Source: an uncultured Chlamydiae bacterium
GTDB lineage: Bacteria > Chlamydiota > Chlamydiia > Chlamydiales > SM23-39
Length of the DNA stretch: 64,000 nt
NCBI GenBank assembly: GCA_963828125.1
Contig: CAWHDP010000002.1
Coordinates: 96,001-160,000, forward strand
Reading direction: 5' to 3'
The notes under the pieces were generated by a model, which made no database searches, had not been told where the DNA came from, and was given only the letters and a program-made list of their open reading frames with translations. The translations under genes were made by a program, and so were the position numbers. Shown here in pieces: positions 45,183 through 54,995 of the stretch (positions within the stretch are counted from its first letter, which is position 1; every line of letters begins with the position of its first letter).

Positions 45183-46526
45183 TCATTCAGCAAGGCCAGG
45201 ATTTCGATTTTTTACCTTGTCTCTTTGCGTGAACGCTATCCACTCGCCGATGCTATAGCCGGCGAGCGAGAGGAGAATGCTGCCGATTTCCGATGGGGTG
45301 GGCGGGGAGACGAATTTGAAAAGACAAAATCCGGCGATCCCAAAAACCATCGAGAGAATGCCCGAGATAAAATGCCCCTGCTTTTTGAAGAGAGCGGTGA
45401 GGATGGGGATGAGAAGGCAGCTCAGAGAAAGCTCATAACTCTGTATGAGCATCTCTACGACGTTATTGAAAAAGAAGGCGCAAATAATGGCTGCTGCTGA
45501 GAGAGCTGCTGTGAGGATTTGCATCGAGCGGAGGCTTTTTTGTTTGGAGAAAAAATCGCTCGAGAGATTCGAGCTGATGGCGCTGATGAGCGAGGTGGCG
45601 GTTGAGATAACGGCGGCGAGGACAGCGCAGCCGACGATGGCGGTGATCCAGGGATTGGTGAGGGTGGAGACGGCGACCATGAGGACGCTCGCTCCGGGGG
45701 GGATGATGAGGCCAAGGCTCTTGGCGAGGACGCCAAAATAGACCGGAATAATGCAGATCAGCATGGCGAGTATGCCGGCCCAGAAGCTGGCCTTGGAGAC
45801 GGTGCGAGGCGATTCTCCGGCAAAACACCTTTGTCCCATGTCTTGCTCAATGATCATGAAGAGAAGGGGCATGAGGAGCCATCCGGTGTATTTCGATGTG
45901 GCGACGGCATATGATTCGATGGATGCGGGAAATGGGCCGTCGTAGGCGACCCAGCTGAAAGCAAAGAGGAACACGAGGGTAAAGAGGGTGGCTTGGGCCA
46001 TGTCGGTGGCGATGACGGCTTTAAGGCCGCCTCGTACGGTGTAGAGAATGATGCTGGCCCAGACGGCGACAAAGATGGCGTTGCTAGGGACGCCCATGGC
46101 GACTAAGAATTTTTTGGAGGCGATGATTTGGCCGGCTAGAATCATAAACAGGGAGATCACAGAGAGCATGGAGGCGATTTTGCGCAAGAGAGGGGAGCGG
46201 TAGATCACTTCGAGAATCTGGGCGACGGTCGATACTTGAAATTGGGCGAGTTTTCGGCCGAGGCCGAGGCCGAGAAAGATCAGGCCGAGGGCGTTGCCAA
46301 GGGGGTAAAAGAGGATGGCCCAGCCATATTTGTAAGCCTCATCTGCTGCGCCGAGGACGAGTCCTCCTCCTACTTGGGTGGCGAGGAAGGTCATCATGAG
46401 GGGAAAGAAGGTGACGGTTTTGCCGGCTAGGTAGTAATCGTCTTGGGTTTTGATGTTCTTAGAAGAACGTTTACCAATATACCAATAGATCGTTTGAAGA
46501 ATGAGCACTAAAAATATAAATTTCAT
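45183..46526 (-). CDS. Sodium:solute symporter (SSS) family protein
   Basis: DDYYLAGK, LATQVGGG, YTVRGGLKAVIATD, QDMGQR and AAVISTA. Confidence 0.9.
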   Translation of the reverse strand: MKFIFLVLILQTIYWYIGKRSSKNIKTQDDYYLAGKTVTFFPLMMTFLATQVGGGLVLGAADEAYKYGWAILFYPLGNALGLIFLGLGLGRKLAQFQVSTVAQILEVIYRSPLLRKIASMLSVISLFMILAGQIIASKKFLVAMGVPSNAIFVAVWASIILYTVRGGLKAVIATDMAQATLFTLVFLFAFSWVAYDGPFPASIESYAVATSKYTGWLLMPLLFMIIEQDMGQRCFAGESPRTVSKASFWAGILAMLICIIPVYFGVLAKSLGLIIPPGASVLMVAVSTLTNPWITAIVGCAVLAAVISTATSLISAISSNLSSDFFSKQKSLRSMQILTAALSAAAIICAFFFNNVVEMLIQSYELSLSCLLIPILTALFKKQGHFISGILSMVFGIAGFCLFKFVSPPTPSEIGSILLSLAGYSIGEWIAFTQRDKVKNRNPGLAE

Positions 46527-46593
46527 AAAATTCCAAAAATAAAAATTAAAAAAACGCTAACGCGCGAAAAAAATCAGTAAAATGGGGAGAAGA

Positions 46594-46665
46594 TTAATGG
46601 GAATGATGATGGCGGGAACGGGAAAGGGAGCGGGTGGCTGGCGCGTTCAATATTTTCTTAAACAT
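46594..46665 (-). CDS. Putative His-rich leader peptide MFKKILNAPATRSLSRSRHHHSH (23 aa)
   Basis: Hand-translated. SD-like AAGGTAGGT just upstream of ATG 46665. Ends CAT CAT CAT TCC CAT TAA, 67 nt before the symporter start. Confidence 0.6.
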   Translation of the reverse strand: MFKKILNAPATRSLSRSRHHHSH

Positions 46666-46714
46666 AGATACCTACCTTTGTGGCTGATGGGAGCGTACAT
46701 TTATTGAGGATTTA

Positions 46715-46742
46715 AAGATACTGAAAACAAAACCTTTGCCAA
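46715..46742 (-). promoter_or_regulatory. Putative promoter for the leader plus symporter
   Basis: TTGGCA-16 nt-TATCTT on the minus strand. Confidence 0.3.
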
Positions 46743-46781
46743 GATCACGATTGACGATCTCTTGGGTTGATTCTCGTTCGT

Positions 46782-46958
46782 TCAACGTCTTTTGAAGAAC
46801 TGAATTTCCCGCTCGTGCTGAACGGCTGCCGCGCGGGTGGTGAAAGTCCCCAAATTCCTTCTCCGGCCCGTCTTGGGGTTTTTCTTGCGCGAATAGAGGC
46901 GATATCCCCCTGAAGGGAGTTTTCTGATCATGATCATCGCATAACAAAGAGACGTTGA
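46782..46958. repeat. 177-bp MITE-like element with imperfect terminal inverted repeats
   Basis: TCAACGTCTTTTG...CAAAGAGACGTTGA ends with an internal CCCCAA/TTGGGG hairpin. Confidence 0.4.
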
Positions 46959-46962
46959 TTTG

Positions 46963-47631
46963 TCAACCGATCATCTTCCCGTCTTCGAGCCGGACGATCC
47001 GGTCGGCGAAGTGGGCGATGCGAGGATCGTGGGAGACAATGATGAGGGTTTTCTTCCGATCGGTGACGATTTTGCGGAGGAGTTCCATGATTTTAGCGCC
47101 TGTTTCGTGGTCTAAAAAACTGGTCGGCTCATCGCAGACGATGAGGTCGGGGTCGTGGATGAGGGCGCGGGCGATCGCGACCCGTTGCTGCTGGCCGCCC
47201 GAGAGGAGATCGGGGGTGGCGCCGGCTTTTTCTCCGATTCCTAAATCTCGAAGCAGCGCAGCTGCTTTTAGCTCGGCGCTCTTTCGATCCACGCGATTCA
47301 AGAGAAGGGGGATGGCGATGTTTTCAGCGCAGGTGAGCATGGGGACGAGATTGAAGGCTTGGAAGACGAAGCCGATGTGTTGGCTCCGATACCGGGTTTT
47401 TTCGAGATCGGGGAGGCGATTCAAATCTTTTTCTCCGACGAGACATTCTCCGCTTGTTTGCGTTAACATGCCGGCGATGACGGAAATCAGGGTCGTTTTG
47501 CCCGATCCGGAGGGACCCATGATCATCAAAAGTTCGCCGTCTTTAACTTCGAGATCGATGCCGCGGAGGGCGTCCACCCTCGTCGTCCCTTCGCCGAATA
47601 CTTTTGTGACATTCTTGCAGACGACTTTCAT
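46963..47631 (-). CDS. ABC exporter ATP-binding protein (LolD/DevA/MacB-like)
   Basis: GPSGSGKT, LSGGQQQRVAIARA, CDEPT and VSHD. Confidence 0.93.
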   Translation of the reverse strand: MKVVCKNVTKVFGEGTTRVDALRGIDLEVKDGELLMIMGPSGSGKTTLISVIAGMLTQTSGECLVGEKDLNRLPDLEKTRYRSQHIGFVFQAFNLVPMLTCAENIAIPLLLNRVDRKSAELKAAALLRDLGIGEKAGATPDLLSGGQQQRVAIARALIHDPDLIVCDEPTSFLDHETGAKIMELLRKIVTDRKKTLIIVSHDPRIAHFADRIVRLEDGKMIG

Positions 47632-47634
47632 CTG

Positions 47635-48774
47635 TTAACTCTTGAATACAATGGCCGGATCGATCCGGATTACTTTAATGATGCTGAAGAGGGCGGCGAT
47701 GAGGCAAATGCAGAAGAGGCAAACGCCGCTGAGGAGGTAGAGCCACCAGGGGAGCGAGAAGGAGAGTTCGGTATGGCGGAGGAGCCAGCCGAATAGGGCG
47801 GCGGCGCCTATGCCGATGCCCCAGCCGATGGCGGCCACCATGGCGGCTTGGAGAAAGACCATCTTGATGAGGAGCGCATTGGTGGCCCCCATGGCTTTAT
47901 AGATGCCGAAATAGCGGATATTTTCGAGGATGAAATTAAAAAAGGTTTGCCCTGCGATCGCGACGCCAATAATAAAGCCGAGGAGGATAGCCACTCCGAA
48001 ATTGACGACAATCCCTGTGTATTTCGCATAGTAGAACATCGTGAGCTTTTGAAAATCCCAGCTGGTGTAGGCGGCGTATCCGGTGATGGCGCGGATCTGA
48101 CGGCAGAGCGTCTCTGGAGCTACCCCTTTTTTCGCTTTGACGAGGACGAAGGTGAGGACGTCGCGGACGAGGGGGGCGATGGTAGTGGCGTTATTGTAGG
48201 TCGTATAGATGACGGGTTGGGATTGGAACGTCCTTGCGGTGGAACAGATCCCGGCGACGTAGGCCCTCCTATCGTTGAGTTCCATCACGTCGCCTACCCT
48301 CAACGGGACGCCGTGCGAGGCGAGTTTGTCGGCAGCGCCGATCTGATTGACGAAGACGGCGTCGGGAAAGCGGAGATCGTGAAGGGTCCCTTCGACCATG
48401 GCAGGGGGGCCGCCGATGAGAGTCGCATCATCGATGCCAATGAAGACGCAGGTCTGGAAGGCGCCGCTCAAAAGTCTTGCCTGAATCGTCCCCTTATAAA
48501 GGGGAACTGCCCAATCGATCCCTTCAAGGCTTCTGATCCGATACAAAACAGTCTCTTTCATCCCTTTTAAATCGTCAATGTACTGTACGGTCGGATCCAT
48601 CACCCAAATATCGGGTTGCGAGGTGTCGGTGATATAGCTAAAGGTCCTTTTCATGATCCCGACGAAAATGGCCCCTTGCTGACTGATGATGAAGGAGGCA
48701 AACCCGAGGGCGACCACGAGACCGAGATATTTCATCCGATCGCCGATCAACATTTTTAGGGCGTAGAGGAGCAT
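47635..48774 (-). CDS. ABC exporter permease (FtsX/MacB/DevC-like)
   Basis: Start at ATG 48774 (MLLYALKMLIGD). TM, periplasmic domain, then three TMs. FGIYKAMGA and IDPAIVFK. Confidence 0.88.
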   Translation of the reverse strand: MLLYALKMLIGDRMKYLGLVVALGFASFIISQQGAIFVGIMKRTFSYITDTSQPDIWVMDPTVQYIDDLKGMKETVLYRIRSLEGIDWAVPLYKGTIQARLLSGAFQTCVFIGIDDATLIGGPPAMVEGTLHDLRFPDAVFVNQIGAADKLASHGVPLRVGDVMELNDRRAYVAGICSTARTFQSQPVIYTTYNNATTIAPLVRDVLTFVLVKAKKGVAPETLCRQIRAITGYAAYTSWDFQKLTMFYYAKYTGIVVNFGVAILLGFIIGVAIAGQTFFNFILENIRYFGIYKAMGATNALLIKMVFLQAAMVAAIGWGIGIGAAALFGWLLRHTELSFSLPWWLYLLSGVCLFCICLIAALFSIIKVIRIDPAIVFKS

Positions 48775-50207
48775 TGCCAGTTCCCTCCCAGAGCTTTGTA
48801 AAGAGAGATGAGATCGGCGGCGAGCGCCTGTTCGCTTTGAATCAACGTACTTTCTGCATCGAGGAGCGTCTTGAGCGCTCCGAGCGACTCTAACTCGCTC
48901 GCAAGCCCGGCTTGCCATAGGTCATTTGTCAATGCAAGGGATCTCGCATCTGCAGCTAGCTGCGCCGTGATATCGCCATTGCGCCGCTCTTCGTCGAAAT
49001 AGGCGACGAGAGCCCCCTCCACGTCTTGCAAGGCGGAGATCACCGTTTGCTCATAGGATAAAAGCGCTTGCCGTTGGACCGAGTTTGCGGCGTCGATCTG
49101 ACCTCTCGTTTTTCCAAAATCGATCAAATCCCAGTTGATGCTAGGGCCAATGCCCCAGAGGCTGCTCCCGTGCTTAAAGAGCTTCGAAAACGTATTCGCC
49201 TCGTAGCCGTATCCGTTGCCAGTGAGGGCGATGCTTGGGAAAAGGGCAGAAATCGCAATCCCGATCTGTTCGGTCGCAGCCGCTAGCTGCCGTTCAGAAG
49301 CTCTGATGTCGGGTCTTCGGCGGAGAAGATCGGAGGGGAGCCCTGCAGGCACTTTGCCGCAAAAAAGGGGCATCCGGCCTGTCTCATTAAAGCGGTGGGA
49401 GAGCTCCTCAGGCGGCTTGCCCATGAGGACGGCGAGAGCATAGACCGTCTCTTTCAACGATGTTTCTAAAACGGGGAGAGCTGCCTGGTCGCTCTGTAGC
49501 GTCGCGATCTGGTTTTGGATCTGAATTTCATTATCGATTCCTGCATCGAAAAGGACTTGCAATAACTGCAGTTCGCGTGCGTCGGCGGCGATCTTTTTTC
49601 TCAATACTTCGATCTGTCTCTGAAGAGAGCGGATCGCGATATAATCGCGCGCCCCCTCTCCGATTGCAGTGATCAAGATGTTGTCTGCCAAAAATTGGCT
49701 CGCTTCCCATTGATCGAGCGCCGCCTGCTTGCCCCGCCTGAATTTGCCCCAAAAATCGAGCTCCCAAACGGCGTCGAATCCAAATTGGAAAAAATTTTGC
49801 ACGGGAGGGCCTGTGATTGCGCCGATGCCCGACGTGGTGGTTCCGCTTGCGAAGGCCACTGCATTGGCAGCGGTCGTAAATAAATTCTGGCTAAAGCGCT
49901 GCCGAACCGCTACCGCATTTAAATCAATCGTCGGCCAAAGGGTCGAATTTTGGATTTGAAACTGGGCCCGCGCTTCGATGATTTGCTCTACGGCGATTCG
50001 GAAATCGTAATTTCCCTGGATCACTTCATCGATGACCTCATCGAGTATCGGGTCGCCAAATTGCTTCCACCACTGGCATAAATCTTCATCGGAAATCGGC
50101 GCTTGCCCCTCGGAAAATTGCTCGGGCATGGCCACTTCGGGCGTTTGATATCTCGGACCTACCATGCATCCACCGAAAAAAATAAGGAGCACGCCCCAGA
50201 TCCTCAT
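48756..50207 (-). CDS. NodT/OprM family outer membrane efflux lipoprotein
   Basis: GGCMVGPRY lipobox, WWKQFGDP, WELDFWG and PSDLLRRRPDIR. Confidence 0.92.
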   Translation of the reverse strand: MRIWGVLLIFFGGCMVGPRYQTPEVAMPEQFSEGQAPISDEDLCQWWKQFGDPILDEVIDEVIQGNYDFRIAVEQIIEARAQFQIQNSTLWPTIDLNAVAVRQRFSQNLFTTAANAVAFASGTTTSGIGAITGPPVQNFFQFGFDAVWELDFWGKFRRGKQAALDQWEASQFLADNILITAIGEGARDYIAIRSLQRQIEVLRKKIAADARELQLLQVLFDAGIDNEIQIQNQIATLQSDQAALPVLETSLKETVYALAVLMGKPPEELSHRFNETGRMPLFCGKVPAGLPSDLLRRRPDIRASERQLAAATEQIGIAISALFPSIALTGNGYGYEANTFSKLFKHGSSLWGIGPSINWDLIDFGKTRGQIDAANSVQRQALLSYEQTVISALQDVEGALVAYFDEERRNGDITAQLAADARSLALTNDLWQAGLASELESLGALKTLLDAESTLIQSEQALAADLISLYKALGGNWQCSSTP

Positions 50208-51142
50208 CTTTCACCTTGGAATAGCGTTGCTGCTTCAATATAGACGTCTAAAAGCTGGCCTGCATAGACTGGAAGATCCATCCGGTCAAACTGGTAGAGA
50301 ACCTGAAGAACCCTTGTATCGAGCCTTTCAATCGTCTCGCCAGTAAAAGAGGTTTTCGGAATGACGTAGGGCTCTATTCTCAAAAATTTCATCGGGAAGG
50401 AAATATTCGCATTGCCTCGCACGAAAGCGGTGGCCCGCGCTCCCTTTTGAAAGCGCCAGCAATCCTCCTCGTCGATATCGATCCGCATTTGTAAAGGAGA
50501 GACGGTTCCCATCAAAATCTGCGCCGTCTGCAAATTAGAGTAAGATTGTGTGACGCCGTAAGAGTTCGGAGCGTAGATTTCGCCGATATGGGCATTGATT
50601 TGCAAAATCTCTCCGTCAACGGGCGCGCAAATCGTCGAACGGACGATGTCGGTCTCCACCTGTTGCAGCTGATTTTGCGCGACATAAACCTGTTCTTCCG
50701 CCTCGAGCATGGCGTAGTAGGCGGAGGCATATGCCTGCTCGCTCACGGCCCTCCGATCGGTCAGCCTTTGATAAAAAGAAAATTGGGTCTTCTGGTTTTT
50801 ATAGGCAATCTGGGCTGCAGACAGTTGGCTTTCGGCTGTCTTCTTTGACGCCTCGAGGCTCCGGGTATCTTGTTTCAAAAGGGGATCTCCCGCTTTCACT
50901 AGATCCCCCTCGACTACATAGATAGCGACGACCGGTTCCACAAACGGAGTCCCAATGGCGATGTTTTCGGTCGAGGCTTCGATGATCCCTGCTCCATAGA
51001 TGGCCGCTCTGTAAGGCGATGTCGGCGCCGGAAATTCAATCGGAGGGACAGGGAGTTTTCTTTGACTCCAAAACACGACCCAGAGGGCGACGATCGCCCC
51101 GATCGCCGCCAAAATAGGAAGGATCCATTTCTTATAGCCCAT
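50204..51142 (-). CDS. Periplasmic adaptor (HlyD/MFP family)
   Basis: N-terminal TM, VVEGDLVKAGDPL and APVDGEIL lipoyl-like motifs flanking a coiled coil. Confidence 0.88.
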   Translation of the reverse strand: MGYKKWILPILAAIGAIVALWVVFWSQRKLPVPPIEFPAPTSPYRAAIYGAGIIEASTENIAIGTPFVEPVVAIYVVEGDLVKAGDPLLKQDTRSLEASKKTAESQLSAAQIAYKNQKTQFSFYQRLTDRRAVSEQAYASAYYAMLEAEEQVYVAQNQLQQVETDIVRSTICAPVDGEILQINAHIGEIYAPNSYGVTQSYSNLQTAQILMGTVSPLQMRIDIDEEDCWRFQKGARATAFVRGNANISFPMKFLRIEPYVIPKTSFTGETIERLDTRVLQVLYQFDRMDLPVYAGQLLDVYIEAATLFQGER

Positions 51143-51245
51143 TCAAGCCGGACAATAGAAATTTTCCAATACTTGTGCAACCAGTTTGTAAAGAATGTAG
51201 GTTTTCAATATATTTTTAGATCGTAAAATTTTTTAAAGGAGGGTC

Positions 51246-51941
51246 ATGGCATCCACCCCCACTACGCCGAATTCGTTACGAGTCCAGATGGGAGATTACC
51301 CAGAGCCTCCTCAAAATGTTGAGGCGCCAAGTCCGCTTATGGAAGAAATGCAACAAATCACGGATCTGTTAGAGAAAGGGCATGCAGCTAAAACGCTATT
51401 TTGTTGCGGCGAAAAGATAAAAAAACACATTCAAGCCTTGGACATTCGGAAAATTAATGAATTTATGGACAAATATGACAATCTACAACATGTGCAGGCC
51501 ATGCCTGTGTCGCTGAGGCGTTGGCAGCAATTATTGATCCAACATTATGTGACAAGACGCCCAGTTGGCCAAGAGATTCCAGCGAAGGTACTCCCGAAAA
51601 AAGTGTGCCAATGTTTAGACCGGATCACTCTTGCTTACATGACCCTGTCTGCGCGACGGGAAGGGATTGCTGAGGGGGATCTCCGAGGGTATTATCAACG
51701 GATGTTGCGAGCTGAAGAATTTGGCCGAATGAAAACAATCAACGATCACTTTCATCCCCGAAAGCCAGCGCCTCAAATCATCTTACAAGAGGGCTCCGAT
51801 GAGGAAAAACAGGAGCCTTCCCTGCTGAAACAGGATCGGATAAAAATCGCAGCAGCCGATGAAAATAAAGCCGAGGAGGAGCGATGCGAAAGTGATCGTT
51901 TCGACGGTGAGCGGCTGTTTGAAAAACAAGAGGATCCGTGA
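51246..51941 (+). CDS. Hypothetical protein (orphan, S/T/P-rich N-terminus)
   Basis: Strong AAGGAGG SD. The 3' end overlaps the convergent gene. Confidence 0.7.
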   Translation: MASTPTTPNSLRVQMGDYPEPPQNVEAPSPLMEEMQQITDLLEKGHAAKTLFCCGEKIKKHIQALDIRKINEFMDKYDNLQHVQAMPVSLRRWQQLLIQHYVTRRPVGQEIPAKVLPKKVCQCLDRITLAYMTLSARREGIAEGDLRGYYQRMLRAEEFGRMKTINDHFHPRKPAPQIILQEGSDEEKQEPSLLKQDRIKIAAADENKAEEERCESDRFDGERLFEKQEDP

Positions 51942-53087
51942 GGCGAGGCAAAATAGGAGGGCGGCGACTGAGAGGAGTCCTGTCTCGCAGGCGAGAAAGA
52001 GGAACATGTTATGAGGCCCGGTCGAGCGAATATGGCCGGGGGCGTCAGGGGGGAAATAGGGATCCGAGCGCTCGGAGAATTGGGTAAAGCCCAGGCCGAA
52101 AAAGGGGTGGTCTTTGATGATTTTGAGGGCTGTTTTTTGGTGGAATTTCCGAATATCGTCGGAGCTTTTCGCTAGAGCGTTGTAATTGATCACGCCGCCG
52201 CGGTGGACATACTGTTTATAAAGGAGCGCGGCGCTGAAGCTAAAGGAGATCAAGACGAGGAGGGCGATTCGCGGCAATTGTCTGTTTCGATAGGCCATGA
52301 GGCCAAACCAGAGGAGTGTGGAGAGGGCCCAGGCGAAAAGGGCCGATCTGGAAAAGGAGAGGCTCATGGCGAAAAATTGGATGGGAAGAGCGAGGATCAG
52401 GAGCCAGCGGATTTTTTTGGCCTGCATCCAGAGGGCGTAGGTGGCAAGGAGGGAGAAGAAGAGGAAGCCGCCAAGGATGTTGGGGTGGGAAAATGTCCCT
52501 TGCGCGCGGAGGACGATGGGTGTGTGGGCGGGGCGATTCGATAGGGCGTCGAGGAGCCAGCGGCTCCCATTTTCGATATAAAATACAGATTTGAGGGGGC
52601 TCTCGCCAAGGAGGCGGAGGCCGATGGGCGATTGGTTCAGGTATTGGGCGATGGCGACAAAGGATTGAAACAGGGCGCCTGCTACAACTGCAATGAGGAT
52701 GTAGCGGGTGATTTTAGAGCGCTCGTTGGGAGAAAAGGCGGTGGAGACGATCGAAAAAAGGGCAATGGGAGTGAAGAGCTGCAAAAGGCGGATATAGGGG
52801 AGAGGGTAGGCGTAAAAAGGGGAGGCGATAATCGAGGCGAGGGCAAAGAGGGGGAGGAGCCATAGGACGCTCCGTTTGATCGGGACAATGCACAGGAGGG
52901 CCAGAACAATGAGATCGGAGATATAAAAATAGATTTTTTTGTCGTAATTTGCTGAAACCTTGAGCCCTTCAGGAATGAGGGTGAGCGAGTAATACCGGAA
53001 GAGCTTGTCGTACTTGTGCTCAACCGGTATTAAAATCGCTAAAAGAACCAGAAGAAAACTGGCTAAAATAAACCGTTTATTAGACAT
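51783..53087 (-). CDS. O-antigen ligase (WaaL/Wzy_C) family membrane protein
   Basis: RAQGTFSHPNILG, SFSRSA, HPFFGLG and PHNMFL..ETG. Confidence 0.85.
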   Translation of the reverse strand: MSNKRFILASFLLVLLAILIPVEHKYDKLFRYYSLTLIPEGLKVSANYDKKIYFYISDLIVLALLCIVPIKRSVLWLLPLFALASIIASPFYAYPLPYIRLLQLFTPIALFSIVSTAFSPNERSKITRYILIAVVAGALFQSFVAIAQYLNQSPIGLRLLGESPLKSVFYIENGSRWLLDALSNRPAHTPIVLRAQGTFSHPNILGGFLFFSLLATYALWMQAKKIRWLLILALPIQFFAMSLSFSRSALFAWALSTLLWFGLMAYRNRQLPRIALLVLISFSFSAALLYKQYVHRGGVINYNALAKSSDDIRKFHQKTALKIIKDHPFFGLGFTQFSERSDPYFPPDAPGHIRSTGPHNMFLFLACETGLLSVAALLFCLASRILLFFKQPLTVETITFASLLLGFIFIGCCDFYPILFQQGRLLFFLIGALL

Positions 53088-53088
53088 C

Positions 53089-54903
53089 TCATCGAGAGTG
53101 CCGCTTCCGGTCGATTTCAGTCAAATAGACTTTTCTCAGCCGGATGAAATTGGGCGTCACCTCTACCAGCTCGTCATCGGCGATGTAATCGATCGCCTGC
53201 TCGAGAGTGAATTTCCGCGGCGGCGTGAGGATGATGTTCTCATCGCTCCCCGCGGCGCGGACGTTGGTGAGCTGTTTGGCTTTGGTCGCATTCACAACGA
53301 GATCGTTGTCTCGGGAGTGTTCGCCGACGACCATCCCTTCGTAGACTTCATCGCCCGGTTTAACGAAGAGCGAACCCCTCTCTTGTAAATTGAAGAGAGC
53401 ATAACCGTTCGATTTGCCGCTGCTATTGGAGATGAGTACGCCGCGGGCTCTCCCTGCCATGTCCCCCTTCCAAGGGGCGAATGTCTCGAAAATCGAGGTG
53501 AGGATCCCGAGTCCCGAGGTGCGGGTTAAAAAGTCGTTTCGATAGCCCATCAAGCCCCTCGTCGGGACAAGGAACTGCATCGTGGTGAGCCCATGCTCGG
53601 AGGTCTCCAGCGAGCGCATTTCCCCTTTTCTGCGGGAAAGATCCTCAATCACCGTGCCGGAGAAATTTTCGGGAACCTCTATATGAACCCGTTCCATCGG
53701 CTCCATGAGGACTCCGTCGATCTCTTTCGTGATCACTTTCGGTTTGGAGATCGCAAGCTCATACCCTTCCCGCCGCATCGCCTCAATCAAAACGGCCAAG
53801 TGGAGCTCCCCTCTGCCGCAGACCTGAATAGCGTCGTCTCTGCCTGGGATCTCCTCGATTTTGAGGGAAATATTGGCCCGCTTCTCCTTCATGAGCCGTT
53901 CGCGGAGTTTATTCATCGTCACATGCTTGCCGTCTTTCCCTACGAAAGGGCTGGCATTGATGAGGAACTCGACCGATACGGTCGGCTCCGCGAGAGTAAT
54001 CGGCGGCAATTGCCGCACGGAACCCGGATCGCAAATTGTATCGCCAATCTCGATTTCTGGGATGCCCGAGAGGACGACGATATCGCCTGCCCCTGCGTCT
54101 AGAAGATCGACCTCTTTGAGCCCCATGTGCCCTTCGATCCGGACAATTTTGTGGTTTGTGTGATTCCCATTCCGGTCGACTCGGGTAACCATGTCGTTTT
54201 TCCGGATCGTCCCTTCCAGAATCCGGCCGCAAGCTTGCCTCCCCACATAGTCGTCATAAGAGAGGGTCGCCGCTTGCATTAAGAAGGGGAGATCGAGGCT
54301 GCCTGAGGGGGCGGGAGCTTTTTGCAGAATCATCTCAAACAGCGGCGTCAAATCCTTTGGCGCGTCTCCGATCTTGTCGATCGCATAGCCGTTGAACCCG
54401 GAAGCGTAGATATAGGGGAAATCGAGCTGCTCGTCATTTGCGCCCAGTTCAAGGAATAAATCGAAGGTGAGGTTGAGAGCCCTGTCTGGATTGGCGTGGG
54501 GGCGGTCGATCTTATTTAAGACAACGATCGGCCGGAGGCCCATTTTGAGCGCTTGGGAGAGGACGAACCGGGTCTGGGGCATTGGCCCCTCTTGGGCGTC
54601 GACTAGAAGAAGGACGCAGTTGACCATCCCCAGCACCCGCTCCACTTCGCCCGAAAAATCGGCGTGGCCAGGAGTGTCGATAATATTTATTTTATAATCT
54701 TTGTAAGTGACGCAGGTGTGCTTGGCAAAAATGGTAATGCCCCGCTCCTTTTCCTGGTCGTAGCTGTCCATGGCCCGTTCGGCCACTTTTTCGTGTTCAA
54801 GAAATACGTGGCCCTGTTTGAGGAGGCTATCGAGAAGAGTGGTCTTCCCGTGGTCGATGTGTGCAATGATCGCTATATTGCGAATTTTTTCTGGGTCGTG
54901 CAT
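53089..54903 (-). CDS. typA: Translational GTPase TypA/BipA
   Basis: [33 protein letters not shown] and LVEVTP..IRLRK. Confidence 0.97.
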   Translation of the reverse strand: MHDPEKIRNIAIIAHIDHGKTTLLDSLLKQGHVFLEHEKVAERAMDSYDQEKERGITIFAKHTCVTYKDYKINIIDTPGHADFSGEVERVLGMVNCVLLLVDAQEGPMPQTRFVLSQALKMGLRPIVVLNKIDRPHANPDRALNLTFDLFLELGANDEQLDFPYIYASGFNGYAIDKIGDAPKDLTPLFEMILQKAPAPSGSLDLPFLMQAATLSYDDYVGRQACGRILEGTIRKNDMVTRVDRNGNHTNHKIVRIEGHMGLKEVDLLDAGAGDIVVLSGIPEIEIGDTICDPGSVRQLPPITLAEPTVSVEFLINASPFVGKDGKHVTMNKLRERLMKEKRANISLKIEEIPGRDDAIQVCGRGELHLAVLIEAMRREGYELAISKPKVITKEIDGVLMEPMERVHIEVPENFSGTVIEDLSRRKGEMRSLETSEHGLTTMQFLVPTRGLMGYRNDFLTRTSGLGILTSIFETFAPWKGDMAGRARGVLISNSSGKSNGYALFNLQERGSLFVKPGDEVYEGMVVGEHSRDNDLVVNATKAKQLTNVRAAGSDENIILTPPRKFTLEQAIDYIADDELVEVTPNFIRLRKVYLTEIDRKRHSR

Positions 54904-54995
54904 ATGGGAGCCGATATTAAAGAAAATAGGATTTAATTTCTAGAGATAAATAATGGAATCGTCTAGAATCTCGGCGACGAATGGGGGATTACAGG

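Noticed and set aside
48775..48918. Extended start of the ABC permease
   Set aside because: It overlaps the efflux lipoprotein gene. ATG 48774 gives a normal family N-terminus.
45006..51941. tRNA-Ser-anchored genomic island or prophage
   Set aside because: No integrase or phage genes, and no duplicated tRNA 3' end was noticed.
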